Below are positions 1 to 13,100 of a stretch of DNA of 64,000 nucleotides, in pieces. How positions within the stretch are numbered: the first letter of the stretch is position 1; every line of letters starts with the position of its first letter. Under the pieces are notes generated by a model. That model did not search any database. It was not told the DNA's origin and was given only the letters and a program-made list of their open reading frames with translations. Position numbers and translations under genes: made by a program. Origin of the DNA: Raillietiella orientalis (Eukaryota); NCBI GenBank assembly GCA_036172245.1, contig JAYWIR010000004.1:3534001-3598000 (forward strand). Reading direction: 5' to 3'.

Positions 1-954
1 TGGGGTGTATCAGGGCCACTCCCTTCCCAAGAATGGGCAGCATCTTCAGTAGATCACGTCGGACGCGGCGAGTGGAAGGCACGGTCGATTTCCACGGAGC
101 CGCGAGCTCACGTGTCCTCTCTCCCGCAAGGAGAGTAAGTGCCGCGGGCTCGGATTCTCCAGCAGGTCCTCCTGATAGGAGCCGTGGGCAGGCGCGCGCC
201 TGCCGTTGCGCGGCAGAGGCTCACACGTGGCAGGGGGGGGTTGCGCTCTGTGAGCCTGCTAGGGAGGGCACGTATCTTCGCGCGCTAATCATGGGTGTCG
301 CCGCTCTCGAGCTCCGCCGACCACCACGCGCCCGAATGCCGAGATGCTTCTGGGCCTCTCGGCGGTGATGGGAAGCGCCAGTTTCTGGAAGGAACCGGGT
401 CGCAAGCACCATCCGAGACCAAGACGGGATTTATGAACTGACGTTGAGGGCCATCAGTTCCCTTCCCCTCGTCCCCGATAGGTCATCCGGAGAACGGATG
501 AGTCCCTGAGAAACCAATACGGTTTCCTCTTCTGGTCGAGAGCCACCTGCAGTCTCTCTGCTCTTTCCTGTGCGTTCCTTGGCTCGAACCAGAAACTGGC
601 AGTTCCTTTCCCATGGACAGTGATCACCCACGCTCCTCTTCGACGTGCTCTTGACCCCTCCATTCCACCCTGGGACTCTCACTCCCCCCCCACCAGCTGC
701 CCGACATCTACCCAGAGAGACCCGTTTCCGTTTCACACAGGAAGAGGACATGGAAGGACTCGACTCTTTCCATTCCAGTTGGACGTGGAACTGCTGGAAG
801 CTGGTGGTAATGGAGACAGAGAACCGACGGTCTTGACCCCAGCCGTTCGGCAAGTGGAGGGTGCGCGCGATAAGAAAGCTGCGAGTAACCGTCACCATGC
901 AGTCCCAGAAAAAGCGTCTTTCCGGTCCAGACCTTGGGAATGAACGGTACTCAC

Positions 955-1199
955 CCAGGAAGTGGTTGCAATAAGGAACCCGCCGATTCGGTTTGAGCTG
1001 GGAGGTCATCAGGAGCACCATCCCTTTGGACGCTACCCCCGCTGCCAGGACAACGATGAAGGTGATGATGTACGTAATGAACTTCAGGACTTTGATCGTG
1101 ATTTCCACGCATCTCTGACTGGCCATCGATCCGCTGTCGACCTCGGGGGGCAGGATGCGGAAGACGTCCCAGCCTTTCGTTTCGGTGACGTTTCGGCGG
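955..1199 (-). CDS. Internal coding exon of a chitin synthase (arthropod CHS1/kkv-like N-terminal region); rest of the gene not resolved in the window
   Basis: Exon bounded by tttcag| acceptor (1200) and |gtgagt donor (954). Translates RRNVTETKGWDVFRILPPEVDSGSMASQRCVEITIKVLKFITYIITFIVVLAAGVASKGMVLLMTSQLKPNRRVPYCNHFLG, matching the ETKGWDVFR...SGSMA.Q.C...KVLK...MTSQ...YCN..LG N-terminus of insect/arthropod chitin synthase 1. Confidence 0.9.
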
Positions 1200-4100
1200 C
1201 TGAAATCACGTGAGTTTGATCACGACGCCTTGGGGGCGGCGGTCAGCACGAGTTTTCTTTTTGCACTCCACCCTGCAGGCGCTGCCTTTAGACCCTTCGA
1301 CCCCTGAGGTCGTGTTCCCCACCGTATCCGCATGGTCAGGCTCTCGCATGGTTGCATAAAGGTGGCTCTAGTCTCCGCAACCTCCCGTATACGGAGACTG
1401 GTGCCACTTCCGCCTTTCCCAAGAGTGAAAGCAGCGGGATACTGGGGAGAAAAACGAAGAAAAAAAAGAAGAGAGAGAGATTGGGGGAAGGAAGGGCCAC
1501 AGGGTGAGCTCCATGCGGACTTCCCCGTTCATGTCTCCTGCTTCTCCCTTATAACCATCGAACCTCCGTGTGTTGGTTCTTCGTTCCTGAAGCAAAATGC
1601 TTCTTTTCTTCTGTTTCTCACTCTCGGAAGCGACATCCGGACGCTCGTCGCCAGTGGATTATCGCTGGTGGTCCTCTCGAGATCCTCAACGTTTGCTCTG
1701 CAGAAGCAACCGACTCTCGCCTATGCACGTGTCCATCTGATGTCTGCTGCTCCTGTCGGATCATTCCCACAACATGAAAGACGAGTCCCGAGGGAGAAGA
1801 AGGGAGGAGGGGGGGAGACATGATGTGATGGCACATGCACGAAGTTTGCGAGTCCTGGTGGCTCGTCCCCGCTTGAGCTGGCAACCAGCGGGACGGAAGG
1901 CTAGCAGCCCAGATTCAGACACTTCGGTCCGTTAGTCCTGAGCCAACCCGTCATCGTACCTGAGTCTCCTCGTGCGCTGGTCTCCCAGTGGAGAGAGCGC
2001 GCACACGCGGGTGAGCCTCCCAACTCTTTCCGAGCTTCGCGAGGAGAGAGCCCGCAGCTCACCTGATCTCTCCGCGGAAGGGGCGAGAAGGGAGGGAGGA
2101 CACGTGCGCTGGGGCGTTCGTTCTCCTTCACTCAGCACAGCGAGGTGTTCCTGTAGTCCTTTCTCAGCCGCCGACTCGAACGGAAGCGGACGGTTCGAAC
2201 CCCGCGGTTGAGGTGTGAAGAAAAGGTCGAGAGGCGGGGGAAGGGAGTGAAAACCATGATGAAAAGGGAGAGTCGTCCCTCGAAAGGCAGGTTCCCGGTA
2301 GTTCACCAAGGCGAGCAGCGGTCTCACGGGGTCTGGAGAGGAAAGAGTGGGAAAATGGCGGCAGCAGCGAAAATGGGATGGCCGGAAAGCATTCCATAGA
2401 TTCTGAGACGAAGAATCTTTTTGGGGTGGGAGGCGGTTGCCACGCGGAGCGCCAAGATGCGGCTCCCATATAAGAGGAGCACTCCATTCCCGGAGAGGAA
2501 AAACCAAGAGCAGCAGGATTACCCGCTCCATCCCGGTTGGGAAAGGGGAAGGAGGGAAGCAAGCAAGGGAGTTGGTCCAGAGATGCGTTCATCACCCAGG
2601 ATGCAGTCACCCGAAACAGTTACCTGGCATTGCTGTTCAGGGGCGTTGTCTCGCAGTCGCTCAGCTGATCCTCCAGGTTGTAGGTGTCCTGTTCCAGTAG
2701 GTTCGGAATCACAGGCATGGTTCTTCCCGTTCTTCGGGCACGCGCTCTCACCTTGGCATTGGTCCTGGTCCCGCAAACCTGAGGTCACAGACCGTGAGCA
2801 GGGAAACAAGTCCGGTCGGCTCTCACGAGCCGGTTGGACCGCCCGACCCAACTCTTCCAAGGAGGAGAGGGGTCGGGCATCGCGCAACGCACCCACGGCA
2901 TTTTCGAGAGGTGGTGGGATCTCCGCCGATGAGATGCAGTCGCAAGGGGTCGCGCGCCCGCGCGCCTCAGCTCCGAGGAGGGAGTGAGGAGGCCGCAAAG
3001 GGGACACTTACGCAGGTAGGACCAGTCCCTTCGGGGCTCGGATGCCCGCGGGCTGATGGTGCGTCGCACAGCGTCTCTACGACGCAGGCGCACAGAGTTT
3101 CGAGATCTGCCGGGCAGAGGAGGAGAACGCCGGCTCTCCCCTCCGGGGACGGAGACGCGCCCGCGACATCGCGCCGCAGCACCCCATCAGGCTATCGCCC
3201 GACGCTGAGAGGAGAGGAGAGGGCGGCGAAACCAAGGGGCGGACTACCTGCCGCTACCTGGGGCAGATCGAACCCTCCCTTTCATCCCTGCGGTCCAAGG
3301 AACGGAGTCGCCCGTTCCACTCCCTTACCGGAGAGTGCCATGACCTCCCCGCGACGTCAGTCTGCTTCGGCCGCCGTGCCAAACCCGGGAGCGCCTCTGG
3401 CCCCAGGTTGAGATCGCCACAGGACCTCTCCCCCTCTCTGAGGCCAGCGGCCCACCCCATGTCCCGTTCTCGGGAACTACGGATCGGAAGAAGGAGGTCT
3501 GCGTGAGATGGTGAGAGCAGACCTCCCCTAGGGAAGGGTAGAGTCTCTGCAGCGTCGAGCGCAGTCGCTGGAGAGAACGGAAATCCCGCGTCCGGACGCG
3601 CGGACACGGTTTCTCCTACGATATATTCCACCAGCCCTCCCTCCATTCTGGGAAAACCGGGCGTCGGTTTGGAGAGGGACCGCGAGAACGCTCCTGACGC
3701 GCGCACCGCCACCAGAAGGACCGCTGTCTTCTGCTTCTTTGAAAAGATCGGGAGGCCCGCTCTTCGGTCTGGAAGGCAAGCAGGACGTGGCACAGGGGAG
3801 CAGGAGGGGTCCCTCCCCGCTCTCGCGCTCCCAGTTAGGGACCTCGTCCCTGGCGTGATGGGCGGCGGCCGCCATCTGCTTCTGGCCCTCCAGAGGTGGG
3901 CCTCGAGGAAAGGCAGGCGGCAGAGAGCAAGTCCCCTCCTACGCTTTCTTTCCTTGCCTCGACTCGAAGAGGAGGAGGAGGAGGTCGCGCGTAGGCGCGG
4001 CATCGTGGCGATCGAAACCACGGAGAGCGCAAGAGGCGGGGCCCTGCGCGTCACTCCCCCGTTCTCCCCCTCTCCCGGAAGACGACCAGCCGCAGCAGGG

Positions 4101-7100
4101 CCGGCGCCCTCCTGCAGCGGCGGTTGCCACAGATCGTTCCTGCCTGGAGCCTTGAGGGACGCTTTGGGGAAGGGGAGAGACAAGAGAGCGATCGGTTCGA
4201 GCGTGATGTCCCCCTTCCTTGGGAGGAGCAAAAAGGGAAGGGTCGGGCGGAACATGGACCCAAAACCCAGACGGGGAACCGGTGCAGAGATCACAGTCGG
4301 AGTGCCGCCTTGCCTTGGAGTCCGTCCAATGCACGTTGGGGACGGGCCTTTCCCTCCTTCCCGCTGATAAGGTCTTCTTGGAAGGCGCGCCCATTTGCGT
4401 TTGTGAGAACGCTCCCCCTCCACCTCACCCATTCGGGAGTTGCAGTCTGGGGGACGCAACGACCTCTCCAGAGAGGAGGGACGCCTCCTTCCCCCGGGCC
4501 CGCAGAGGGGAGTGTCAGACCGGGAGTGTCGCCGCCGTGGCACTGCCACCTGCGGCTGCTGGAGGAAGAGGGAAGCGGAGGACTCTCCGGACGGCCCCCA
4601 TCCCCTTTGCCCTTCTCTAGCAGCGAGGAAGGATGGTCCTCCCCCTTATTGGGCAGGAAGGAAGGGAGCGTCATCTGGAATGTATGCAGCGGTCGCACTG
4701 TCCCTTCATTCTGGGAAGAGCGTTCAGCACATCCCGGGAGCGCGCTCCTCTTCCTCTTTTCTCCATCCGAGCGCTCTCACTCAGAGACGGCGTGCCGGTC
4801 ACCCCACTCTCACCGATCTCTCGCGAGGCGGGGGGATTAAGCCGAGGGGGAAGGCGCGCCTCTGGGGCGTCACGGGCCGGTGGCGTATCTCGGAGTCCGC
4901 TCGCGGCGGGGCGGGAACACCTGCCGCCGCCCCGCGCAATTCCTTCCCAGCCCATACCCCTTTCCCTCCGCAAGGGGGAGGGGAGAGATTGGTCACGGTA
5001 GAGATCGCGGTGCCTTGCGGCCGCACATCGTTCCCGCCACGCGGACATCCGGGAGCCTCGTGAAGGGAGACGGGAAAGAGCGCGATAAACCCTGTCGGGC
5101 CATCTTCGCCGAGAGAAAGGAGGAGGAGGAGGGGGAGGGCGCGGAATTGCTGATTCAGAAGGTCACCACCACCGGATGATAAGGCTCGGCCTCCTCCTCC
5201 TCAGCCGCCGCCTCCGTCGCCGAACAATTAAAAAAGCTTAAGACATAAATCCGTGCGCGCGCGCCCCACGAAGGACCTTTCTAGCAGACGGAGTGGGGCA
5301 GGCGGCGCCGAGGAATTCGGCCTCCTCCTCCCCCTCCTTTCGCTCTCCGTCGCGGGCGCGCTCACGCGAGCTGGGAGCGCGCGCACGCGTGCGTCCCGAG
5401 ACGGAGGTGAACGCACTCGGAAGGGATGAAACCCACCGAAGGAGGGGTCGCATCTCGTCTTCTCCTGGTGCGCCAGCAGGAAGCCGCCGAGAGATCAACG
5501 CTCTCTCCGGAAACGTCTCCTCCTCCTCCGCTTGCTCGGACCGACGGTCGCGGCGGAAGACGTTCGTCCGGCTCTCTACTGACACGAGAGAATGCGCGGG
5601 CTGCTGGAGGAAAGGGAGGAAGGGAAAGAAAGGGTAAGTGCAGATAACAAAAGCCGTGACCGTGAAGGGGCAGAGCCTCGGAGGGTCTGCGGGACTCTCC
5701 CCAGCAACCCATGGAGAAGCTCGGCGGTGATACAGGCGTTCAGCAGTTGGATGAAAGACGACCACTTCTTCTTCCTGCCTCTCTCATCCGCCCTGCCTAC
5801 CCACCCCTCTTTAAAGAGAGATTCCCACATCAACCCCGACCGATGCACGTTCGCCCCTGGGAGCTCTCTCTTTCCCGCGGGACTGAAAAACCCGCCGGTC
5901 CGAAAGTACGAATTCGCCGCAGGACGGCGTCCACTGTCTGCCAAACGCCTTTTGCGAGGACGGAGGGAGCAGCATGTCCCCCAGGGAGGAGGGAGAGCTG
6001 TGATCTCTCGAGCAACCCTCGTCCATACCTTCGGAGCGTCTCGCCTTCTATCCCCACGGACGCATGAAAGAGTGCCACCGGAAACAGCAGCAGCCTCCAG
6101 CGTCCGCCACTTGGTTAGAAGCGCACCGGAAGGCGCACCAGGATCAGACGAAACCAGAGAAAGACCGCGCCGGCGGAGAGACGGAAACTCTGATCTTCGG
6201 AGGACCCGCGCCACAGGCGTCGGGAAGCGCCTATTTGCCCTGCGGAGGAATACAGGAAGGGTTCTCTCCCTCTCCGTGAGCCGGAAAGACGGACAAAGGG
6301 GAGGAAAATCCTGGCTGCGACGACCAGGAAAAGGGCTAAGCAGCTTCGGTACCACCCGGTCAGGAAAACATCCACTGACAGGGTGGTGACGAGGGAGACT
6401 CATTGCGGCGGGTCCGAAGAGGTTCTTTCTCCAACGGAGCCTGCGGTCCACCTTCCTCCTCTCTCCGCTCTGATCTTCCCTCGGGAAGTGCGGAGAGGTC
6501 TCTCCTCTGCCCCCCCCCCTTCAGTCGCTTGACCTTCCTTCCGGCGTCCCGACAACCCGGGTGAAACACGGCGGCCACGCCCCCAGTCCGGGGCGCGGTC
6601 CGTCGCCTCGGCTCGCCCTTTACCGCTGCGACCGCCCGGCGGGGAGCAGCTCGCAGGCCGGGGAGGTCGACGTGCTCGCGCGAGGAAGTCGGGACGCTTG
6701 GCGGGGATGGCACCAGAGGCTCCTCCGTCCCTTCATCTCAGAAGGGGATGCAGGCGCTCTGTCGCCTCCGGCGCTCCGGAAGGGAGCGAAAGGTGGCGCT
6801 TCTCCGGATCCTTCGTCCTGCTGGACCTGGGTCAGATTGTCAGCAGCTGCAGCAGCAGCAGTAACGCCGCGGTGCCATGCGCCTTTCAGCTGGACGCGCC
6901 TGCCTGCCTGCGGGACGCGGGCATCGGTTCGGGAGGCAGCGACCCGTGCGCGGGCGAAGTGGCGCTGCCTCCCCCGGTAGCCACGTGTGGAATTCGATCC
7001 CCCTCCTCGCTTCCTCTCCTCCTCCCCCGCGACGAGCGAGAACCGAGCTGCTGCTGCTCGAATGCAGGAGGTGGGGGTGGGTGGGGGAACCTTCCGCAGC

Positions 7101-10100
7101 AGGTAAACGAGAGGGGGGAGGGGGAAGTAGAGCCGCCTGAGTCTCCCCGGCAACCCCCGATGCGCGCGGCGAAAGGGTGGGAGCTCGCGAACGTCGTTCC
7201 CGTGGCCGCGGATGCCCGCGCGAGCGGAGGGCGATTCCTCTTTTGTCCCCTCCTTCTCCTGGACGGAATCGGGGATGTGGGGCGATCGGCCGACACGCTG
7301 CACTCTCGAGGAATGAGGAGACCCGCGCCCGTTGTCTCCGACCCGGGAGATGCGTCCTCCGCGCTCTCTTCTTCTCCGCCTCCCACCTCTCCGCTCTCTG
7401 CCTTTCCACCTTCCTCTGCTGCGCTGCCGAAAACGTCCCGCGGGACACGAGCGGCGCCTTCCTCGCGGGTCTCGAAAGGTGGGGGCGCATCGTCTCTGGG
7501 CAGCCTCCTCCTCCACGGAGAGGACGCTCAGAGACGGAGAAGAAGGGTGGGGGAGGCAGAATGGGGAAGGAACCTTTCTTCCCATCTTGGAGCGAAGGAG
7601 GGAGAGGCTGTCCGCTCGCACCCGCCTACTCGGGAATGCACCCCGAGGGAGCGTTCCGCTTTTCAGGTTTTCATCCCCGAGGTTCTGGCCGTCCTGCTTA
7701 GAGGGACGAGGGCAAGGACGAGCAGGGAGGCGGAAGGGATGAAGGGGGGAGAGGATGGCGAGCCGAAGAAGTGACACCGAGGCAGGAAGATGTCTCTCTC
7801 CGTGCAGTGACGCATCTCTGGAGGTCGGTGGCGTCGCCAAGGAAACCACATTGTAAAAGCCCTCGGAGGCCGATCCCGGTGTCTTCTTGCTTTTTCTCTG
7901 ACGCCACCCATCTCAGGCGCTTCTATCCCTCCCTCTGTTCCGTGAAACTCTTCTCCACTCTTCCCGCCCTTCCTGCTGCTCCCCCTGACTCCCTGGGTGA
8001 AGGTGGCAACTCTGGAAGGAAGCGAAGGGGTCGCAGCTCTTTCTCAGGATACACGGCGACATGATGGTGGGGAAGGGAGTCTCGGAGGGGATGGAATCAA
8101 GGGAGGAAGGCGAGGCAACCTCGGTATCTCGACGTGACCTCCTGGAGACCACAGTGGGAAACTCCTCCTCCGGCAGTGATCTTCGCTGTAGTGCGTCTGG
8201 CCCTGGGTCGCACTTCTCTCCAGAAATGAAAGATCATCTCTTAGGAGGCGGAGATCTCTTCCCCCTCCTCCTTCCTTCCCCGGTATGTCTTGACTGCCTA
8301 CCCTCATCTTTCCCCAGCCCTTGTTCCTCATCTCGACCGATTCAGAGGTTCTCGGAGGGGATGAAGCCGCGTTAGTGGTGCCCTTGCCACCTTCTGGAGC
8401 AGAGTCCAGGGGCTCAAACCCTTTTCTTTTGGCGTTTCCTAATTCAGTTCCTGGCTCCTCCTCTGCGAATCCCCGGGGACTGGAGAAACTGGACTGGGGT
8501 CAAGGAGACCGCGTGAGGCCCTCGGCAGCACCGCTGCTCCCCGAGGAGAAAGATAGGGTCAGGGAGTCACCGAGAGAAGCAGGAAGACTCTCAGCGACCC
8601 GTACTTCCCGCAGGGCAGCTCCTCCCTTCCTGTGATCTCATCTTCCAGGTCAACCGCATATGCATGGGCGAACAAGAGGCCCGACGCGCATCCTTCCAGG
8701 GTGTCCCCTTCCGGCCTCTCTTCGAACGAAGGAAGGAAGGAGAATCTCCTGGAATTCGTCCTCTTTGGGTGCACACCCGACCCCCGCCTGGAGCTGCTCC
8801 CCTTCCGGGTCGTTTCGGTCCAGCCTCTTCTTGGAACCCTTCCAAGTGTTCGGACTTTCCCTTCTGGGTCACTTTTGACCGGGACCGCTGCTCCCTCCCC
8901 TGGGGCGCATCGCCACCCTCGCGGAGTTCCTCAGCCCTGCGTGGAGGTCCTCTCTATGCAGGCCCTTTGGACCCTCTTTCTCCAGGGACATTGCAACCGG
9001 TCGAGACGAGGCGAAAGGGAGTCTCGTTGGGTACCAGGGGGAGAGAGAGGGAAGGAGGGGTACTTTCCGGACTCCATCGCGGATTGGATACCCACCTGGA
9101 AGAGGAAGGCCAGGAGGAGAGGGCAGCTCCGGGGAGGGAATGCCCGATCCCCCCTTCTCCTCAAGCGCTCCCGTCTCGGGGATCATTGCTGAGAGCAGTC
9201 CATCGAAAGAGAGGGGAGGGGGCTTCCCCGTCGTTTCCGTGAGCCCTCGGGAGGTGGCCGATGAGAGACGTCGCATGGGGGGAGGAGAGGGGAGGGATGG
9301 GGAAGGAAAAGGGTCTGGCCCCTAGTCCCGCTGCTCCACCCCTCGCACTCGCGCCGCAGGAGAAGCCCTGGAGGCATGCTCGGAATCCCTGCGCCCTCAC
9401 CCCTCGGAGGAGTGGACGCCGGGGGATCCTGGGATGCGCGAACGCGACGCTTCCCACCTCTGGGAGAGTGAAGGGAGGTCCGAGGGCAAGGAGAGGGGTA
9501 GCCTGTAGTTTCCCTGGGAGACGCTCCTCGGGAGCACATGCTGGGGTTCTTTCGTAGGTAGGGAGACGTGGAGCGCGCTCGCACTCGGGGAGGAGAGGGG
9601 GAGAGTAACGAACCGGCCGGCCAGCTAGAAGACTATCGCCCCCGGCGCACGCCCGAGGGGCCGACTGGCCCCTTGGGAGTGCGCTATTGGTGGGGTTGTC
9701 GACCTTGGCTGCGGCGGCTGGGGATCCTGAGAACGCCGAACTCCCTGCCTCCAAGGAGAGGGCTGTCAGAAGGAGCGCGTGGGCAAGACAGCACCGGAGG
9801 GGGCGGTACCTGCTTCCTCCGAGCCGGAACAAACAGGGACGAAGGGGGAATTTCCCTTACCTGCCCTCCCGGTGCGTCCGTCCAGGGATCGAACGACGCC
9901 TAAGAAGCACTCCGAGCGCCGGCCGCGCGCGTCTCGCCAGTCCGAGCGGATGTCGGTCACTGGACCAACGGGGAGTCGCGGAACCGGAACGTAGCCGGAG
10001 GCGCAGTGACGTCAGCGGGCGCCTCCCCTCCCGAAGGCGGCTCCCGCGAAAGGCTTTTTTCTCGTCTCGCTCCGTCCCGGGACCGAAGGAGAGCTCCCGT

Positions 10101-13100
10101 CTTTCTCCCGGAACCTCCTGCGCGAGAGACGCTCTGGGGACCGGAGAAATCGAAGTGTCGGTCGGGAGGCGAGAGATCGGGGAAGGAGTCTTGCACATCC
10201 CCCCCTCTCTCCCCCCTACTCGGGGACTGTCTCATCCCGTCTGCCCCCTTCCTCCCCCCCCCTTCCCCCCGACGAGAAAGACCAACGACACTTTGGTCTT
10301 TCCTGCTGCTCTTCCCCCTCCTCCTCCTCTCACTCGCCTCCTCCAGAATCCCATCCCACTCCTCGTTTCTCTACTTCCCTCCCCCCCTTCTACGAATCCC
10401 GGGTTCTGGGATGTCCTCGCGCTCCGCCTGTTTGCAGAGTACACCCGAGCACCGGAGGTTCTTTTGCTGCGGCTACTGGCTGGTCCGCGAGCGCGCACGA
10501 GCGGTTCCAGAGGGATCCTCGGGTTCTCGTGTACCTAGCAGGGGTAGGACTAGTCCTGATCTTATGGGAGAGGCGGAAGTCGCCTAATGCCCGAGGGAGA
10601 GCTTTCAGCATCCGCCGTTCATCTTCTGTGCCTTCTTTTCCTGTTCCTCTACCTTCTGCTTCAGAGACCTTGGGAAATAAGGGGGCTGTAGAGAGCCGGA
10701 AAATTCTCCCTTCCGTTTGGGAAGGGAAGGGAAGAAAGGGGGAGTCTCTGCTGGCTCGCGAGGGGCAGCCTCTCTGAAGCCTTGCGGACGAAACTGAGAA
10801 CCTGCACTCGTTCGCGGGTGTGCTCTGAGATGGCGCTCCTGGAGGTTCCTCATCGGTTTGTCGGGCAGCAGGGGAGTCGGCTCTGCAGGAAAGATGCACA
10901 AGAAAAATTCCCGCTCTACCACCTCCACCTCACTGTGTGGATTCGACGCATGGTCTCACACGCGGGGAGGGCTTCCTGCATCACCGCTGCTGGCACCGGA
11001 CTGGCACCTTCCGTTGCCCCGAGGCGATGGGAAGGAGACATTCAGGAGAAGGGCGGGTCATATCAGTCTACGCCCACCTCCACTTTCACGCTTCCGATCT
11101 TCTGATGTCGCGAGAAAGAGCAACCAATACCACAAGGACCGGAAACATGGGCAAAATGGAACGGGATCCTGGGCAGCAGGAGTCCATCGAATGGAAGAAC
11201 GCAGACTGGGGACATAGCAGCCCCGGAAGAGAAAGAAGGGATGGACAGGGAGGGAGCGATGGAGAAGAGAAACAAGCGAGAGAATTACCATGACACCCAT
11301 GAAGACGAAGACCTTTAAAAGTCACTCTTCCGAGATGCAGGATTCCCAGATCTCCCAGGCGGCGGCGCCGTCCTTCCTGCAGGAGACCTACCCGGATGTC
11401 CTCTCCTAGATGATCTCCTAAATTCGGAAAGGAGTCTTTCGAAATTAGGAACCTACCTTCTTCCTTCCTCAAAGTCCGTGGGCAGGCAAGGAGGGGCAGC
11501 TGCTCCTCCTGGAGCTGCCAGAGTCATCCCTCATCACAAATCAGCGGGGTCCAGGTCCAGGTAACCGAATTGCTCCCATCCTGCTTCTTGTGAGGGAGCA
11601 CGGGGCGAAAGGTTAGTGCCAGTCCTCTCACCCGTCGTACCAGGACCTGGGTCTCATTCTTCCGGCGATCTCATCAACTAAAGAAATCCGTTGACGTCTC
11701 CTCTGTGGGTCCAGGGACGCGAGCAGTACTCTTCAGATTTTCGACCCTCCAGTAGCCAGTTTCCGGGGTAAGATGCACAGGGAGATAGACACTCTTCGGG
11801 ACATTGCTCGTGCCTACTCTTCCCCCTTCCTTTTCCACATTGCCTTCTCATTAGAACACCCTTGGGCACCCTTCCTCGGCGGGATCCCAGGGAATCAAGG
11901 AGATCCGTTCCCCGCTCGCAGGAGGAAAGGGACAGAAGGGCTCCAAACTCGCTTGAAGGGCACGAGCATCGCCAGTTGCAGGGGAGGTCACTCTCTGGTG
12001 GGAGAGAAGAGTAGCCGCTTCTTATCACCAGAGGAGAAGAGAGTCAGAAACCGCCATAGGATAGTCAGAAAGGGAGGAAGAAAGACATCCCGAGGGTCCT
12101 GGGAAACTTCCCAGAACGCGAGGAGGGAGTAAGGAGGAATGACGGACTGCTGGTCAGGGCAACGTCTGATCCGAATATCCCTGGGAAGTTCGCGAAGGAC
12201 TCCCCATAAGCGGGCAATTGTAGATGGGAGGTCATGAATCCTTGGACCGGGTCTTCGCGAAAACTTGGGTGTGCGGCGCCATCATCCGGTTTCGAGCAGA
12301 CGGACGTGATCGCGCCAAAAAAAAGTGACAGGAAGGAATGACGCACGAGCGCCTTCAACCATGCATCTTCCGGAGCCCACGCATGCGATCGAGGAGCGCG
12401 GGCCATTCCCGAACGCATCTCCAGAGACGCAGGGAGGTCGAGAGAAGGGGGAGGGGGAACTCTTCTGAGCCTCTCTCGGCTCGTCTCCTTGGCGTCCGAC
12501 AGCGGGGTGACCTGTTGAGCAAGGGGGAGTGTGCTCTCGAGCAGCTCGGCTCCTGCTCCGCAACGGCCGATTCTCCTGCTCACCGAGAGAGCCTCCGCAA
12601 GATGGGATGGGATCGTTGCATGGAGACAATTTGGATGCTGAAAGGAACGAAGGCGCGATCTGCAGCTCCCACGGACCGGGAGGTGGCGATGAAAAGCAGG
12701 TGGGCAAGCAGCCGTCCACGTCAGCGTGGGAAGGTGATTTCTCATTTCAGGGTGAACCTTCATCCGGAAGAAGGCCGCACTGACCGAATAAAAAAGGGAA
12801 CCACCGTCCTCGGATCCCGGTCTTGTTCTTTTCTTTTTCCTCTTTGATATCCTCCCCCCACCTCCCCTTCATCTCCCGTTGTGGAACGGAAGCTGAGCTG
12901 GCACCTTATCCAGTGGGGGCGATGACGTTCGTCAGACCCCTCCCTCTCGATCTCGGTCGGTTTCCCAACCTTCTCTGCAGTCCCCTAGCCCCACAGTGCT
13001 CCCATTCGACCACCCACGTCTTTCCCTTTCCGAAGGCGACCAGACGAATTGCTGGGCCCGGAACGGCCGGGGGAAAAGGCCGAACGTGATGGAGGAAGCG

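Noticed and set aside
431..954. C-terminal part of the 231-aa ORF as chitin synthase coding sequence
   Set aside because: Similarity ends at the gtgagt donor at 954; the rest is intron read-through.
9857..10198. Strong minus-strand donor (cag|gtaag, 9860) in the right phase to be the upstream CHS exon
   Set aside because: The translation shows no CHS N-terminal features and cannot be supported without transcripts.
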